Notes: generated from the sequence alone by a model not told the origin. Counted from the stretch's first letter, positions 9,217 to 20,146 are shown. The stretch: DNA of 24,000 nt from Oceanococcus sp. (GCA_030147945.1 JASBUL010000098.1:632-24631), one strand, 5' to 3'. Numbers and translations are program-made.

Positions 9217-9938
9217 GCCGCTACAGCCGCCAGGAAATCCTCACCGAAATCGGCCCGCACGGTCAGGGCATGCTCGGCGATGCCCATGTCGCCGTCATCG
9301 GCCTGGGCGGCCTGGGCTCTGCGGCGGCGCTGTATCTGGCGGGCGCCGGTATCGGCCAGCTCAGCCTGGTCGATGGCGACCGGGTGGAGCTGTCCAACCT
9401 GCAACGTCAGATCGTGCACAACGAGGCACGCATCGGTGAAAACAAGGCTCGCTCGGCAGCCCAGCAACTTCGCGCGCTGAACAGCAGCACGCAGATCGAG
9501 GTCATCGAACAACGCGCGGATGATGCCGCGCTCAGCGCGCTTGCCAGCGCCTGCGATGTGCTGCTCGATTGCAGCGACAACTTCCCCACCCGACACGCCA
9601 TCAATCGCGCCTGTGTCAGCCAGCGCACGCCACTGGTCAGCGGTGCCGCCATCCGCTGGGAAGGCCAGCTCATGGTGCTGCAACCCGGACGAGCGGGCGC
9701 ACCCTGTTATGCCTGCGTGTTTCGTGGTGATGGCGAAGCTGCGGAATCCTGCGAACAGGCCGGCGTACTCGGCCCGCTGGTGGGCACGATCGGCAGCCTG
9801 CAGGCGCTGGAAACCATCAAGCTGCTGACCGGCCAGGCCACCAGCGGCGTGCTGCACACATTCGACGCGCGCACCACAAATTGGCGAAAATGGACGGTTC
9901 CGGCCGATCCGGCCTGCCCTGTGTGTCAAAACCACTGA
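9213..9938 (+). CDS. moeB: Molybdopterin-synthase adenylyltransferase MoeB (ThiF/MoeB/HesA E1-like family)
   Basis: ORF 9201..9938. ATG 9213 forms an ATGA overlap with the prmC stop ([10 protein letters not shown]...). It carries YSRQ, the nucleotide loop VIGLGGLGSAAALYLAGAG, LSNLQRQ, and two CxxC pairs (CYAC, CPVC). It reads as close to E. coli MoeB along its full length, with no rhodanese extension. Confidence 0.88.
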   Translation: MSRYSRQEILTEIGPHGQGMLGDAHVAVIGLGGLGSAAALYLAGAGIGQLSLVDGDRVELSNLQRQIVHNEARIGENKARSAAQQLRALNSSTQIEVIEQRADDAALSALASACDVLLDCSDNFPTRHAINRACVSQRTPLVSGAAIRWEGQLMVLQPGRAGAPCYACVFRGDGEAAESCEQAGVLGPLVGTIGSLQALETIKLLTGQATSGVLHTFDARTTNWRKWTVPADPACPVCQNH

Positions 9939-10354
9939 TGTCCGAACCCGCCATCACGCTGAGCCGCGAGCTCGCGATGCAACTGCTCAAGCACGCCCAG
10001 ACCTCACCGCAAGCGCGCGTTTGCGGTCTGGTGCTGGGCACCGATGCGCAAGCGCGCGAAATTGTTCATCTGCGCAACCAGGCTGAAAGCCCGGAAATGC
10101 GCCATGCGATTGATGCCCAGGAATTCGCTCGTGCGGTCAGCAGCGCGCAGACGCGCGGCCTGCAACCGCTGGCGGTTTACCACAGCCACCCGGACTCGCC
10201 GCCGCTGCCGGATGACGACGATCGCGCCGCCAGCCCGGACAGCACACTCAGGCTGCTGGTCATCTCGCTCAACATCAAAGGCGTGCTGGAAATGCGCGCC
10301 TTCACTCCCGCGCAGGATCAACTGCGCGAAACTCCCGTCCAGATTTTTCTCTAG
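9938..10354 (+). CDS. Stand-alone JAMM/MPN (Mov34, prokaryotic JAB) domain protein with a variant active-site motif
   Basis: ORF 9881..10354. ATG 9938 shares 1 nt with the moeB stop (TGATG). The 138 aa protein starts [34 protein letters not shown] and contains [17 protein letters not shown]. It aligns by eye with the Mec+/AfJAMM pattern (PxExCGxLxG ... HSHPx7Sx2D). Confidence 0.8.
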   Translation: MSEPAITLSRELAMQLLKHAQTSPQARVCGLVLGTDAQAREIVHLRNQAESPEMRHAIDAQEFARAVSSAQTRGLQPLAVYHSHPDSPPLPDDDDRAASPDSTLRLLVISLNIKGVLEMRAFTPAQDQLRETPVQIFL

Positions 10355-10362
10355 AACTCATC

Positions 10363-12057
10363 ATGCGCCTGTCTCAATTCCCTGTCGTCACCAGCAAGGA
10401 AACCCCGGCTGATGCCGAGATTGTCAGCCACCAGCTGATGCTGCGCGCCGGCATGATCCGGCGCCTTGCAGCCGGTCTTTACACCTGGACACCGCTGGGT
10501 CTGAAAACCCTGCGCAAGGTCGAGGCCATCGTGCGCGAGGAAATGAACCGCGCCGGTGCCGTGGAACTGCTGATGCCCAGCGTGCACCCGGCCGAGCTGT
10601 GGCAGGAATCGGGTCGCTGGGATGTGATGGGCGCGGAGATGCTGCGCCTAACCGACCGTCATGAGCGCGATTACTGCTACGGCCCGACCCACGAGGAAGT
10701 GATCACCTCGCTGGTGCGTCAGGACGTCAAGAGCTACAAGCAGCTGCCGGTCAACTATTACCAGATTCAGACCAAGTTCCGCGATGAAATCCGTCCCCGT
10801 TTCGGGGTCATGCGGGCGCGCGAGTTCCTCATGAAGGACGCCTACTCGTTCAATATGGATGAAGCCTCGCTGGCCGAAACCTATGCCGGTATGCGTGCCG
10901 CCTACAGCCGCATCTTCGAACGCGTGGGCGTGGAATTCCGCATCGTGCAGGCCGATTCCGGCAACATCGGTGGCAAGCAATCCGAGGAGTTTCACGTGCT
11001 CGCCGGCAGTGGCGAGGACCTGCTGGCGGTGTCCGATTCGGGCGATTACGCGGCCAACGTCGAGGCCGCAGTGTGCCAGCCCCTGCGCAGTGCGCGCGGC
11101 GAAGCCAGCCAGGCCATGAGCACGCTGGCCACGCCGGACCAGCGCAGCATCGAAGCTGTCGCCAGCCTGCTGGATGTGGCAGCGGCACGATGCCTCAAAA
11201 CCATGATCGTGAAAAACGACGCCGGCGAGCTATTCGCGCTGTGCCTGCAGGGCGACCACAATCTCAATCTGCTCAAGGCGGAAAAGATTCTGGGCGGCTG
11301 CACCCTGGCCAGTGATGACGAAATTCGCGCCGCAACCGGCTGTGCGCCAGGTTCACTCGGCCCGGTCGGACTTAAATTGCCGGTCATCGCCGACACCGAC
11401 GCCGCCACCCTGGCCGACTTCGTATGCGGCGCCAACCGTGACGGCGAACACCTGCAGGGCGTCAACTGGGGTCGGGATCTGGCCGAACCGCGGGTCGAAG
11501 ACCTGCGCGAGGTGTGCCCCGGCGACACCGCGCCGGACGGCGGCAAGCTGGCCTTCGTGCGTGGCATCGAGGTTGGTCACATCTTCCAGCTGGGACGCAA
11601 ATACACCGAGGCGATGAAGGCCACCGTGCTCGACGCCAACGGCAAGGATACCGTGCCCTATATGGGCTGCTACGGCATCGGGGTTTCTCGCGTGGTTGCC
11701 GCAGCGATCGAACAGCGCCACGACGACGCTGGCATCGTCTGGCCTCAGGCCATTGCGCCGTTTGAAGTGCTGCTCAACCCGATCAATCCCAAGAAATCGG
11801 AAAAGCTTGAACAGGAAATCGCGCAGATTTATGACGCATTGCTCAGCGCCGGTTTCGATGTGCTGTGGGACGACCGCGGTTTGCGCCCGGGCCAGATGTT
11901 TGGCGATGCCGAACTGATCGGCATCCCGCATCGGGTGGTACTGTCGGAGCGCGGCCTTGAAGCCGGCGAGATCGAGTACAAAGCCCGCGCCGGCGGTGAG
12001 GCCGAAAAACTGCCGTGGTCGGTCGAGGCCCTGATCGAACGCCTGCAGCAAGGCTGA
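10363..12057 (+). CDS. proS: Proline-tRNA ligase (bacterial type with INS editing domain)
   Basis: 564 aa. The N-terminus [42 protein letters not shown] is nearly identical in pattern to E. coli ProRS. Class II motifs are present ([34 protein letters not shown]). Confidence 0.97.
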   Translation: MRLSQFPVVTSKETPADAEIVSHQLMLRAGMIRRLAAGLYTWTPLGLKTLRKVEAIVREEMNRAGAVELLMPSVHPAELWQESGRWDVMGAEMLRLTDRHERDYCYGPTHEEVITSLVRQDVKSYKQLPVNYYQIQTKFRDEIRPRFGVMRAREFLMKDAYSFNMDEASLAETYAGMRAAYSRIFERVGVEFRIVQADSGNIGGKQSEEFHVLAGSGEDLLAVSDSGDYAANVEAAVCQPLRSARGEASQAMSTLATPDQRSIEAVASLLDVAAARCLKTMIVKNDAGELFALCLQGDHNLNLLKAEKILGGCTLASDDEIRAATGCAPGSLGPVGLKLPVIADTDAATLADFVCGANRDGEHLQGVNWGRDLAEPRVEDLREVCPGDTAPDGGKLAFVRGIEVGHIFQLGRKYTEAMKATVLDANGKDTVPYMGCYGIGVSRVVAAAIEQRHDDAGIVWPQAIAPFEVLLNPINPKKSEKLEQEIAQIYDALLSAGFDVLWDDRGLRPGQMFGDAELIGIPHRVVLSERGLEAGEIEYKARAGGEAEKLPWSVEALIERLQQG

Positions 12058-12084
12058 GCGCGGATCACGGCGCGGCCTGATTCG

Positions 12085-12103
12085 ACGGCGGGATGCCCGC
12101 CGT
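12085..12103. terminator. GC-rich hairpin between convergent proS and the LysM-lipoprotein gene (possible bidirectional terminator)
   Basis: ACGGCGGG-atg-CCCGCCGT forms a perfect 8-bp stem with a 3-nt loop in the 62-nt convergent gap. Neither side has a clear U-tract, so intrinsic-terminator function is uncertain. Confidence 0.45.
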
Positions 12104-12119
12104 TCGGGCCACCAAGTCC

Positions 12120-12845
12120 CTAATAAAGGCCCTCGACGGCAGCAAAAATCTCATCCAGTCGAGGGTGTAGCGGATAACGCAGGCGCCAACCAGATTGCAG
12201 CGGCGGGTTGCGGAACAGCAAGCCCTTGTTGGCTGACTTCAGCAATGGCCACAGATTGGGGTTGTCATAAACCTCCCGCCGCGCCGCAATGGACGCCAGC
12301 GTGTCTCCGGACCGTACGGTTACCCAGGCCTGGGCCGCCCACAACTCGCGGACCAGCGCTCGGCCCTGGAAATAAGCGGTTTTGAAGGCACCCTGGTGCA
12401 CCGCGAAATCCAGGGCGCGCAGGCGGTCATACTGGTCGCTGTTGAGACGCGCGAACTGCTGGGCCTGGCGGTGATAGCGCAAGGCCTGGCTACGGTAGTA
12501 GTCGGCCACCTGCGCGCTGACCTCCTGGCGCAGCGCCGAAAGCCTGTCCTGAGCCTGCGTGAGGTAACCCTGGGCCGCCAGATCCTCGATCATCAGCACA
12601 CGACGCTGCCAGCTGATGTGCCCGGGGCCACGCGGTGGAAAGTCGGCAATCTCGACAGACACCTCGGCCAGACCACGAATCAGCGCTGGACTGGGGGCCG
12701 TCTGTTCAACTCGCACCACCTCAACCGGCGCCTCTTGGGGCGCCCTGGCAAGCGGTTTGCTTGGCAAGCCCGCGCAAGCCGACAACCCCAGCAAAGCGAC
12801 CAGGAACGCAAGCCGGGGGAACCACTTGCTATGCTGTTGCGTCAT
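12120..12845 (-). CDS. Lipoprotein with a C-terminal LysM (YgaU-type) peptidoglycan-binding domain
   Basis: ORF 12120..12863, whose first codon is GTG. ATG at 12845 gives MTQQHSKWFPRLAFLVALLGLSAC (lipobox LSAC). The C-terminus VTVRSGDTLASIAARREVYDNPNLWPLLKSANKGLLFRNPPLQSGWRLRYP matches the LysM pattern seen in YgaU (GDTL..IA...Y....L...I...N......PD.I.PGQ.L.IP). The middle is Gln/Arg/Ala-rich and looks helical. Confidence 0.78.
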   Translation of the reverse strand: MTQQHSKWFPRLAFLVALLGLSACAGLPSKPLARAPQEAPVEVVRVEQTAPSPALIRGLAEVSVEIADFPPRGPGHISWQRRVLMIEDLAAQGYLTQAQDRLSALRQEVSAQVADYYRSQALRYHRQAQQFARLNSDQYDRLRALDFAVHQGAFKTAYFQGRALVRELWAAQAWVTVRSGDTLASIAARREVYDNPNLWPLLKSANKGLLFRNPPLQSGWRLRYPLHPRLDEIFAAVEGLY

Positions 12846-12877
12846 TATTCTTTTGCCGAACACCGGATTGGGGAGCC

Positions 12878-14707
12878 ATGCGAAATCACGCCGTCACCTA
12901 CCTTGCCACATTGCTCGTAGCACTGGGCCTTGTCGCCTGCGGCAAAGGCACGGATCAACCAGCAACCGGCAGCGACGGCAGCGCCCTTAAAGTGTATCGG
13001 CACTCCATGGACGGCGCACCCACCAATCTGGACCCGGTTCATTCGGCCACCATCTACGCCAATTTTCTGGTGCTGAACACCTACGACACGCTTTACAGCT
13101 ACAAGTACCTGACGCGTCCCTACGCGCTCAAGCCCAATCTGGCCGCGGCCATGCCGGAGGTGTCGCAAGATGGCCTGACCTACACCATCCGCATCAAACC
13201 CGGCGTGCGCTTCGTGGACGATTCGGCCTTTGCCAATGGCCAGGGCCGTGAACTGGTCGCCAGCGATGTGGCCTACTCGCTCAAACGTCACTTCGACCCC
13301 TCCAATCGGTCACAGGGTTCGTGGCTGTGGGCCGGGCGCATCAAGGGTCTCGACGCATGGGGCGAAAATGGCGCGGACTACAGCCAGGATGTTGAAGGCC
13401 TGGAGGTCATCGACAAGCACACCCTGGCGATTCACCTGACCAAGCCCTATCCGCAGCTGACCTACACTCTGGCTGTCGGGTTTTCCGCCGTCGTACCGCA
13501 CGAGGCGGTGACCAAGTACGGACGCGAACTGTCGATTCGACCGGTTGGCTCCGGCCCGTTCCGCATGGCCAAGTTCGATACCGCCAAAGCCGTGCTGGAA
13601 GCCAACCCGCATTTTCGTCAGGAACCCATCGACCTGGCCGCCGAAGGTTTCGACCCGGCCGTCCACGGTGGCCTCGGGCTTGAGGCTATCGAAGGCCGCA
13701 GCCCGCCCTTCATCGACCGCCTGGAAATCGATTTCATCCTGGAAACCGCCGCGCGCTGGAATTCCTTCACCAAGGGCAACGAAATCCAGTTCACCAGCGT
13801 GCCGGTGGAGCAGACCGACACCGTGCTGGACAGCCGCGATCCGATCGAACTGAAACCGGACTGGACTGAGCGCTACCATTCGACCACCGGGGTTGAAGCC
13901 GGCTTCGTGTTCACCAGCCTGAACATGGACAAACCTTACCTCGGCCACAACGATGATCCGCAGCAAGACGCACGCAACCGTGAACTGCGCTGCGCCATGC
14001 GCGATGCCATGGACTGGACCGCACGCAACAACCGTTTCTACTCCGGTATCGGCGTGGTCTTCCCCGGTATCGTGCCGCCGGCAGCCAGCGACCTGCACAG
14101 CAAACTGTCGCAGGACTCGGTCAGCCGCAATCTTGAGCGTGCCCGCGCACGCCTGAAAAAGGCCGGCTGGACGCAGGACAACCTGCCCACGCTGGAATAC
14201 GGCTTCCAGAACTCGGTCACCAGCCGCCAGCTGTTCGAGCAGTTCCGCGGTTTCATGGCCGACATCGGCTATCCGTCCTCCAAGATCAAACCGGTCAGCT
14301 TCGCCACCTTCGGCGACTACAACAAAGCCATCAAAACCAGCCAGCTGGACGTGATTCCGATGGGCTGGGGGCTGGACTACCCGGATTCGGAAAACACCCT
14401 GCAGCTGTTCTACGGCCCCAATCACACGCCGGGCTCGAACAACTCGAACTACAGCAATCCGGCCTTTGACGCCCTGTTCGAAAAAACCGCGGTGATGCAG
14501 CCCGGCCCGGAGCGCGAAGAGCTTTATCTGGACATGAGTCAGATGGTGGTGGACGACTGCGTGACCATCAGCGGCTTGTCACGCAACCGCATCTACCTGT
14601 GGCACAAGGATGTGATCGGCCTGCCGGACCGTGAAATTCTCGGCGGATTCTGGCTGCGCTACGTCGACATCAAGAGCGCCGACGACCAGACCACACCAGC
14701 CTCCTGA
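12878..14707 (+). CDS. ABC transporter substrate-binding lipoprotein, family 5 (Dpp/Opp/YejA-like peptide-binding)
   Basis: ORF 12635..14707. The likely start is ATG 12878, preceded by GGGGAG (MRNHAVTYLATLLVALGLVACGKG, lipobox). The protein is about 609 aa. The blocks LDPVHSATIYANFLVLNTYDTLY, YTIRIKPGVRFVDD and VGSGPF are typical of SBP family 5. Confidence 0.9.
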   Translation: MRNHAVTYLATLLVALGLVACGKGTDQPATGSDGSALKVYRHSMDGAPTNLDPVHSATIYANFLVLNTYDTLYSYKYLTRPYALKPNLAAAMPEVSQDGLTYTIRIKPGVRFVDDSAFANGQGRELVASDVAYSLKRHFDPSNRSQGSWLWAGRIKGLDAWGENGADYSQDVEGLEVIDKHTLAIHLTKPYPQLTYTLAVGFSAVVPHEAVTKYGRELSIRPVGSGPFRMAKFDTAKAVLEANPHFRQEPIDLAAEGFDPAVHGGLGLEAIEGRSPPFIDRLEIDFILETAARWNSFTKGNEIQFTSVPVEQTDTVLDSRDPIELKPDWTERYHSTTGVEAGFVFTSLNMDKPYLGHNDDPQQDARNRELRCAMRDAMDWTARNNRFYSGIGVVFPGIVPPAASDLHSKLSQDSVSRNLERARARLKKAGWTQDNLPTLEYGFQNSVTSRQLFEQFRGFMADIGYPSSKIKPVSFATFGDYNKAIKTSQLDVIPMGWGLDYPDSENTLQLFYGPNHTPGSNNSNYSNPAFDALFEKTAVMQPGPEREELYLDMSQMVVDDCVTISGLSRNRIYLWHKDVIGLPDREILGGFWLRYVDIKSADDQTTPAS

Positions 14708-14711
14708 AACC

Positions 14712-15659
14712 GTGCTGCAGTACACCCTGAAGAAGCTCCTCGCGGGGCTGCCGCTGATTCTTGGCGTGACCTTCATCAGTTTCGTGCTGATGGTGTATTT
14801 CGGCCCGGACAAGACCTACGAGCTGGCCGGCAAGAATCCCACCGAGGAACAGATCGCCCAGATCCGGGCTGATCTGGGCTACGACCAACCCTTCTTCAAA
14901 CGCTACACCAACTATGTCATCGAGCTGGCCACGCTCAATTTCGGTCACTCCGATTCCACCGGCGAACGGGTCACCCGCCTGCTTGGCCGCACCATCCCGA
15001 TCTCGCTGGCCCTGACCCTGCCCGGCTTCGTGCTTGGCAACGTCATCGGCATCCTGCTCGCCTTGCTGGCCGCCTACTATCGCAGCACCTGGATCGACAA
15101 AAGCATCATGACGTTTGCCGTGGTCGGCATGAGCGTGAGTTTTCTGATCATCATCATCGGCTTCCAGGTCATGTTTTCCTCGGCCTACGGCCTCAACATG
15201 TTCCCGGTGCGCGGCTGGTCGATGGACACCCTCGGCGAATACCTCTACTACGTGACCGTGCCAACCCTGGCCATCGTGTTTGTTTCGCTGGGCTACAACA
15301 CGCGCTTCTACCGCGCAGTGATCGTCGAGGAGCTGGGCAAGGACCATATCCGCACCGCGCGCGCCTACGGCGCCTCGGCCCGCAGCATTCTGCTCAAGCG
15401 GGTGCTCAAGAACAGCATGATTCCGATCATCACGCGCATCATGTTCTCGATCCCGCTGGTGGTGATCTCCGGTTCACTGCTGATCGAAAGCTATTTCGGC
15501 ATTCCCGGTGTCGGCAAGGTCACCTATGACGCCATCACCACCGGCGATCAGCCGGTGCTCAAGGCGGTTGTCGGCGCCACGGCGGTGCTGTTCGTGGTCG
15601 TCCTGATCGTCACCGATGTGCTCTACCGTCTGTTTGATCCCCGAGTGGAACTGAAATGA
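14712..15659 (+). CDS. ABC transporter permease (DppB/OppB-like)
   Basis: ORF 14631..15659. The probable start is GTG 14712, 4 nt after the SBP stop (VLQYTLKKLLAGLPLILGVTFISFVLM, the usual DppB-type N-terminus). It has multiple TM segments and the EAA-like loop EELGKDHIRTARAYGAS. Confidence 0.88.
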   Translation: MLQYTLKKLLAGLPLILGVTFISFVLMVYFGPDKTYELAGKNPTEEQIAQIRADLGYDQPFFKRYTNYVIELATLNFGHSDSTGERVTRLLGRTIPISLALTLPGFVLGNVIGILLALLAAYYRSTWIDKSIMTFAVVGMSVSFLIIIIGFQVMFSSAYGLNMFPVRGWSMDTLGEYLYYVTVPTLAIVFVSLGYNTRFYRAVIVEELGKDHIRTARAYGASARSILLKRVLKNSMIPIITRIMFSIPLVVISGSLLIESYFGIPGVGKVTYDAITTGDQPVLKAVVGATAVLFVVVLIVTDVLYRLFDPRVELK

Positions 15660-16510
15660 GTGCCGGTGAATCCTTCTGGTCGAAAGCCTGGCGCAAGTTC
15701 CTTGGCGACCGTTTCGGCCTCGCCTCGGCCGGCATCGTGCTGGGTTATTTCGTCATCGCCCTGGGCGTATGGCTGGATCTGTGGGGCCAGCAGTGGAGCA
15801 CACTGACCAGCGGCAGCAATCTGCCGATGTCCAGCGCGCACTGGTTCGGCACCAATCTGTCAGGCCAGGATATTTTCGACCGGGCCATTTACAGCACCAA
15901 AACCGCGTTCGAGATCGGCCTCTCGGTGGCCGTGCTGAGCACCATACTGGGGGCCATCCTGGGCGCCATTTCGGGCTTTTTCGCCGGGCGCTGGAGTGAC
16001 GAGGTCATCCTGTGGCTGATGGGCACCCTGGACTCGATCCCCTTCTACCTGTTCGTGGCGGCCGTGGCGTTCGCCCTGCAGGGCCATCCGCTGGCCATGC
16101 ACGCAGCCATGATTGCGACCTTCTGGACCACCACCGCCCGGGTGGTGCGTGGCGAGGTCATGAAGCTCAAGGAGCTGGAATTCATCGAGGCTGCGCGCGC
16201 CATCGGCGTGCCCCAGCACCTGATCATTTTCCGCCACATCCTGCCCAACACCTCGCATCTGCTGCTGGTCCAGGCCACCATCGTGTTCGTTTCCGCGATC
16301 AAGTCCGAAGTCATCCTGTCGTTTCTCGGTCTTGGCGTGCAGGACGGCGTGAGCTGGGGCCTGATGATTGCCGAGAGCACCCAGGAGGTCATCGTCGGTC
16401 AGTTCAAGAACTTCTTCGCCGCCTCGGGCATGCTGTTTGTTCTGGTCATGGCGTTCAATCTGTTTTCCGACGCGTTGCAGGACGCGCTGGATCCGAAGAA
16501 GGTTCACTAA
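15656..16510 (+). CDS. ABC transporter permease (DppC/OppC-like)
   Basis: 284 aa. ATGA overlap with the preceding permease. TM-rich, with the EAA loop ELEFIEAARAIGVPQHLIIFRHILPN. Confidence 0.92.
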   Translation: MSAGESFWSKAWRKFLGDRFGLASAGIVLGYFVIALGVWLDLWGQQWSTLTSGSNLPMSSAHWFGTNLSGQDIFDRAIYSTKTAFEIGLSVAVLSTILGAILGAISGFFAGRWSDEVILWLMGTLDSIPFYLFVAAVAFALQGHPLAMHAAMIATFWTTTARVVRGEVMKLKELEFIEAARAIGVPQHLIIFRHILPNTSHLLLVQATIVFVSAIKSEVILSFLGLGVQDGVSWGLMIAESTQEVIVGQFKNFFAASGMLFVLVMAFNLFSDALQDALDPKKVH

Positions 16511-16511
16511 C

Positions 16512-19107
<2,596 letters not shown>

Positions 19108-19135
19108 TGCCGGCCCGTCCGATCCCGAGCCTGGC

Positions 19136-19486
19136 ATGACGCCGCGTTTCTTTCGTTTCCTGGCCGCCGCTGCGGCCAGCGCTTTCATGCTGGTGTTTCT
19201 GCTCTGGCCCACGGTGCTGGCTCCCAGCCGTATGGCCACGGTGATCATGGGGCTGTTCAGCATTCCGGGCCTGCTGGCCCTGCCCGGTCTTTTTCGTGGC
19301 AAGACCTACACCCACGCCTGGGGCACGCTGGCCGCAACCTGCTACATCGCCTACTGCGCGATGGAGGCCTACGTCAATCTGGACAGCCGCCTGCCCGCCC
19401 TGATCTGCATGGTGCTGGGCGCGGTGTGGTTCGTGGCCAGCAATCTATTCGTGCGTGGCCAGCGGGTCCAGAATCTCTCGCAGTAA
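19136..19486 (+). CDS. Small four-TM inner-membrane protein (DUF2069-like; family name from memory, tentative)
   Basis: ORF 19028..19486. The likely ATG is 19136 (MTPRFFRFLAAAAASAFMLVFLLWP...). There are four hydrophobic segments in about 116 aa. It sits immediately downstream of wrbA, where such proteins commonly occur in proteobacteria. Confidence 0.65.
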   Translation: MTPRFFRFLAAAAASAFMLVFLLWPTVLAPSRMATVIMGLFSIPGLLALPGLFRGKTYTHAWGTLAATCYIAYCAMEAYVNLDSRLPALICMVLGAVWFVASNLFVRGQRVQNLSQ

Positions 19487-20146
19487 CGGCACAGTGAGCT
19501 GACGCCCGTCAGCCACGGCGCGGTCGTAGGCCGCATCCAGCACGCCCGCCAGGGCCCTGGGGTCCCGCGGCAAACGGCGCAACAGAAAATCCCCCAGTCG
19601 CGGAGACCAGTGCACACCAAGGCGCTGCGCCCGGTGTGCCAGCATGGCCGACAGACCGGCTTCGTCCGGTAGCTTCAATTCCAGCATGGCACCCCACTGC
19701 AGCCGCGAACGCAGATCCGGAGTCTGCAACTCAAGCTGATCCGGCCATACCCGGCTGCACACCAGCAGTTTGCCGCCGGCCGCACGGACCCGGTCGACCA
19801 GGCGCAGCAGCAGCAGTTCGTCCTCGGCCCGCAACGCCTCGACCGCATCGACCACGATCAGACCGCTGGCCGCGAAGCTGTCGAGCATGGCGGCATCCAG
19901 CGGCGCTTCGCGCAGGGGCAGATACGCAGCCTGACGCCCCGCCTCCCAGCGCCGCCGGCAACTGGCCTGGGCAAGGTGACTCTTGCCGCTGGCACGCGGG
20001 CCGATCAGCAGCTGCAAGCCTTCTTCGTCGTCGACCGCAAAATGGCGCAGCGTGGTTGCGATGCGCGCATTGGGTCCGGGCCAGAAGCTGTCAAAGTCCG
20101 AACTGCCCGGACGCTCCAGGCGTAAAAGCTGCTGGCTGGCGCTCAT
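19445..20146 (-). CDS. hda: DnaA regulatory inactivator Hda (DnaA-related AAA+ protein)
   Basis: 233 aa, starting MSASQQLLRLERPGSSDFDSFWPGPNA with Walker A GPRASGKSHLAQA. Size and layout match Hda. It lies near purMN and perM as in other Gammaproteobacteria. Confidence 0.87.
   Translation of the reverse strand: MSASQQLLRLERPGSSDFDSFWPGPNARIATTLRHFAVDDEEGLQLLIGPRASGKSHLAQASCRRRWEAGRQAAYLPLREAPLDAAMLDSFAASGLIVVDAVEALRAEDELLLLRLVDRVRAAGGKLLVCSRVWPDQLELQTPDLRSRLQWGAMLELKLPDEAGLSAMLAHRAQRLGVHWSPRLGDFLLRRLPRDPRALAGVLDAAYDRAVADGRQLTVPLLREILDPLATHE

Noticed and set aside
9213-10354. Reading the MoeB plus JAMM pair as a CBASS-type Cap2/Cap3 (E1-E2 plus JAB) anti-phage accessory module.
   Set aside because: - No CD-NTase or effector gene is nearby.
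- The E1-like protein is canonical MoeB in length and motifs, with two CxxC pairs and no E2 domain.
- The pair is embedded in a housekeeping operon.
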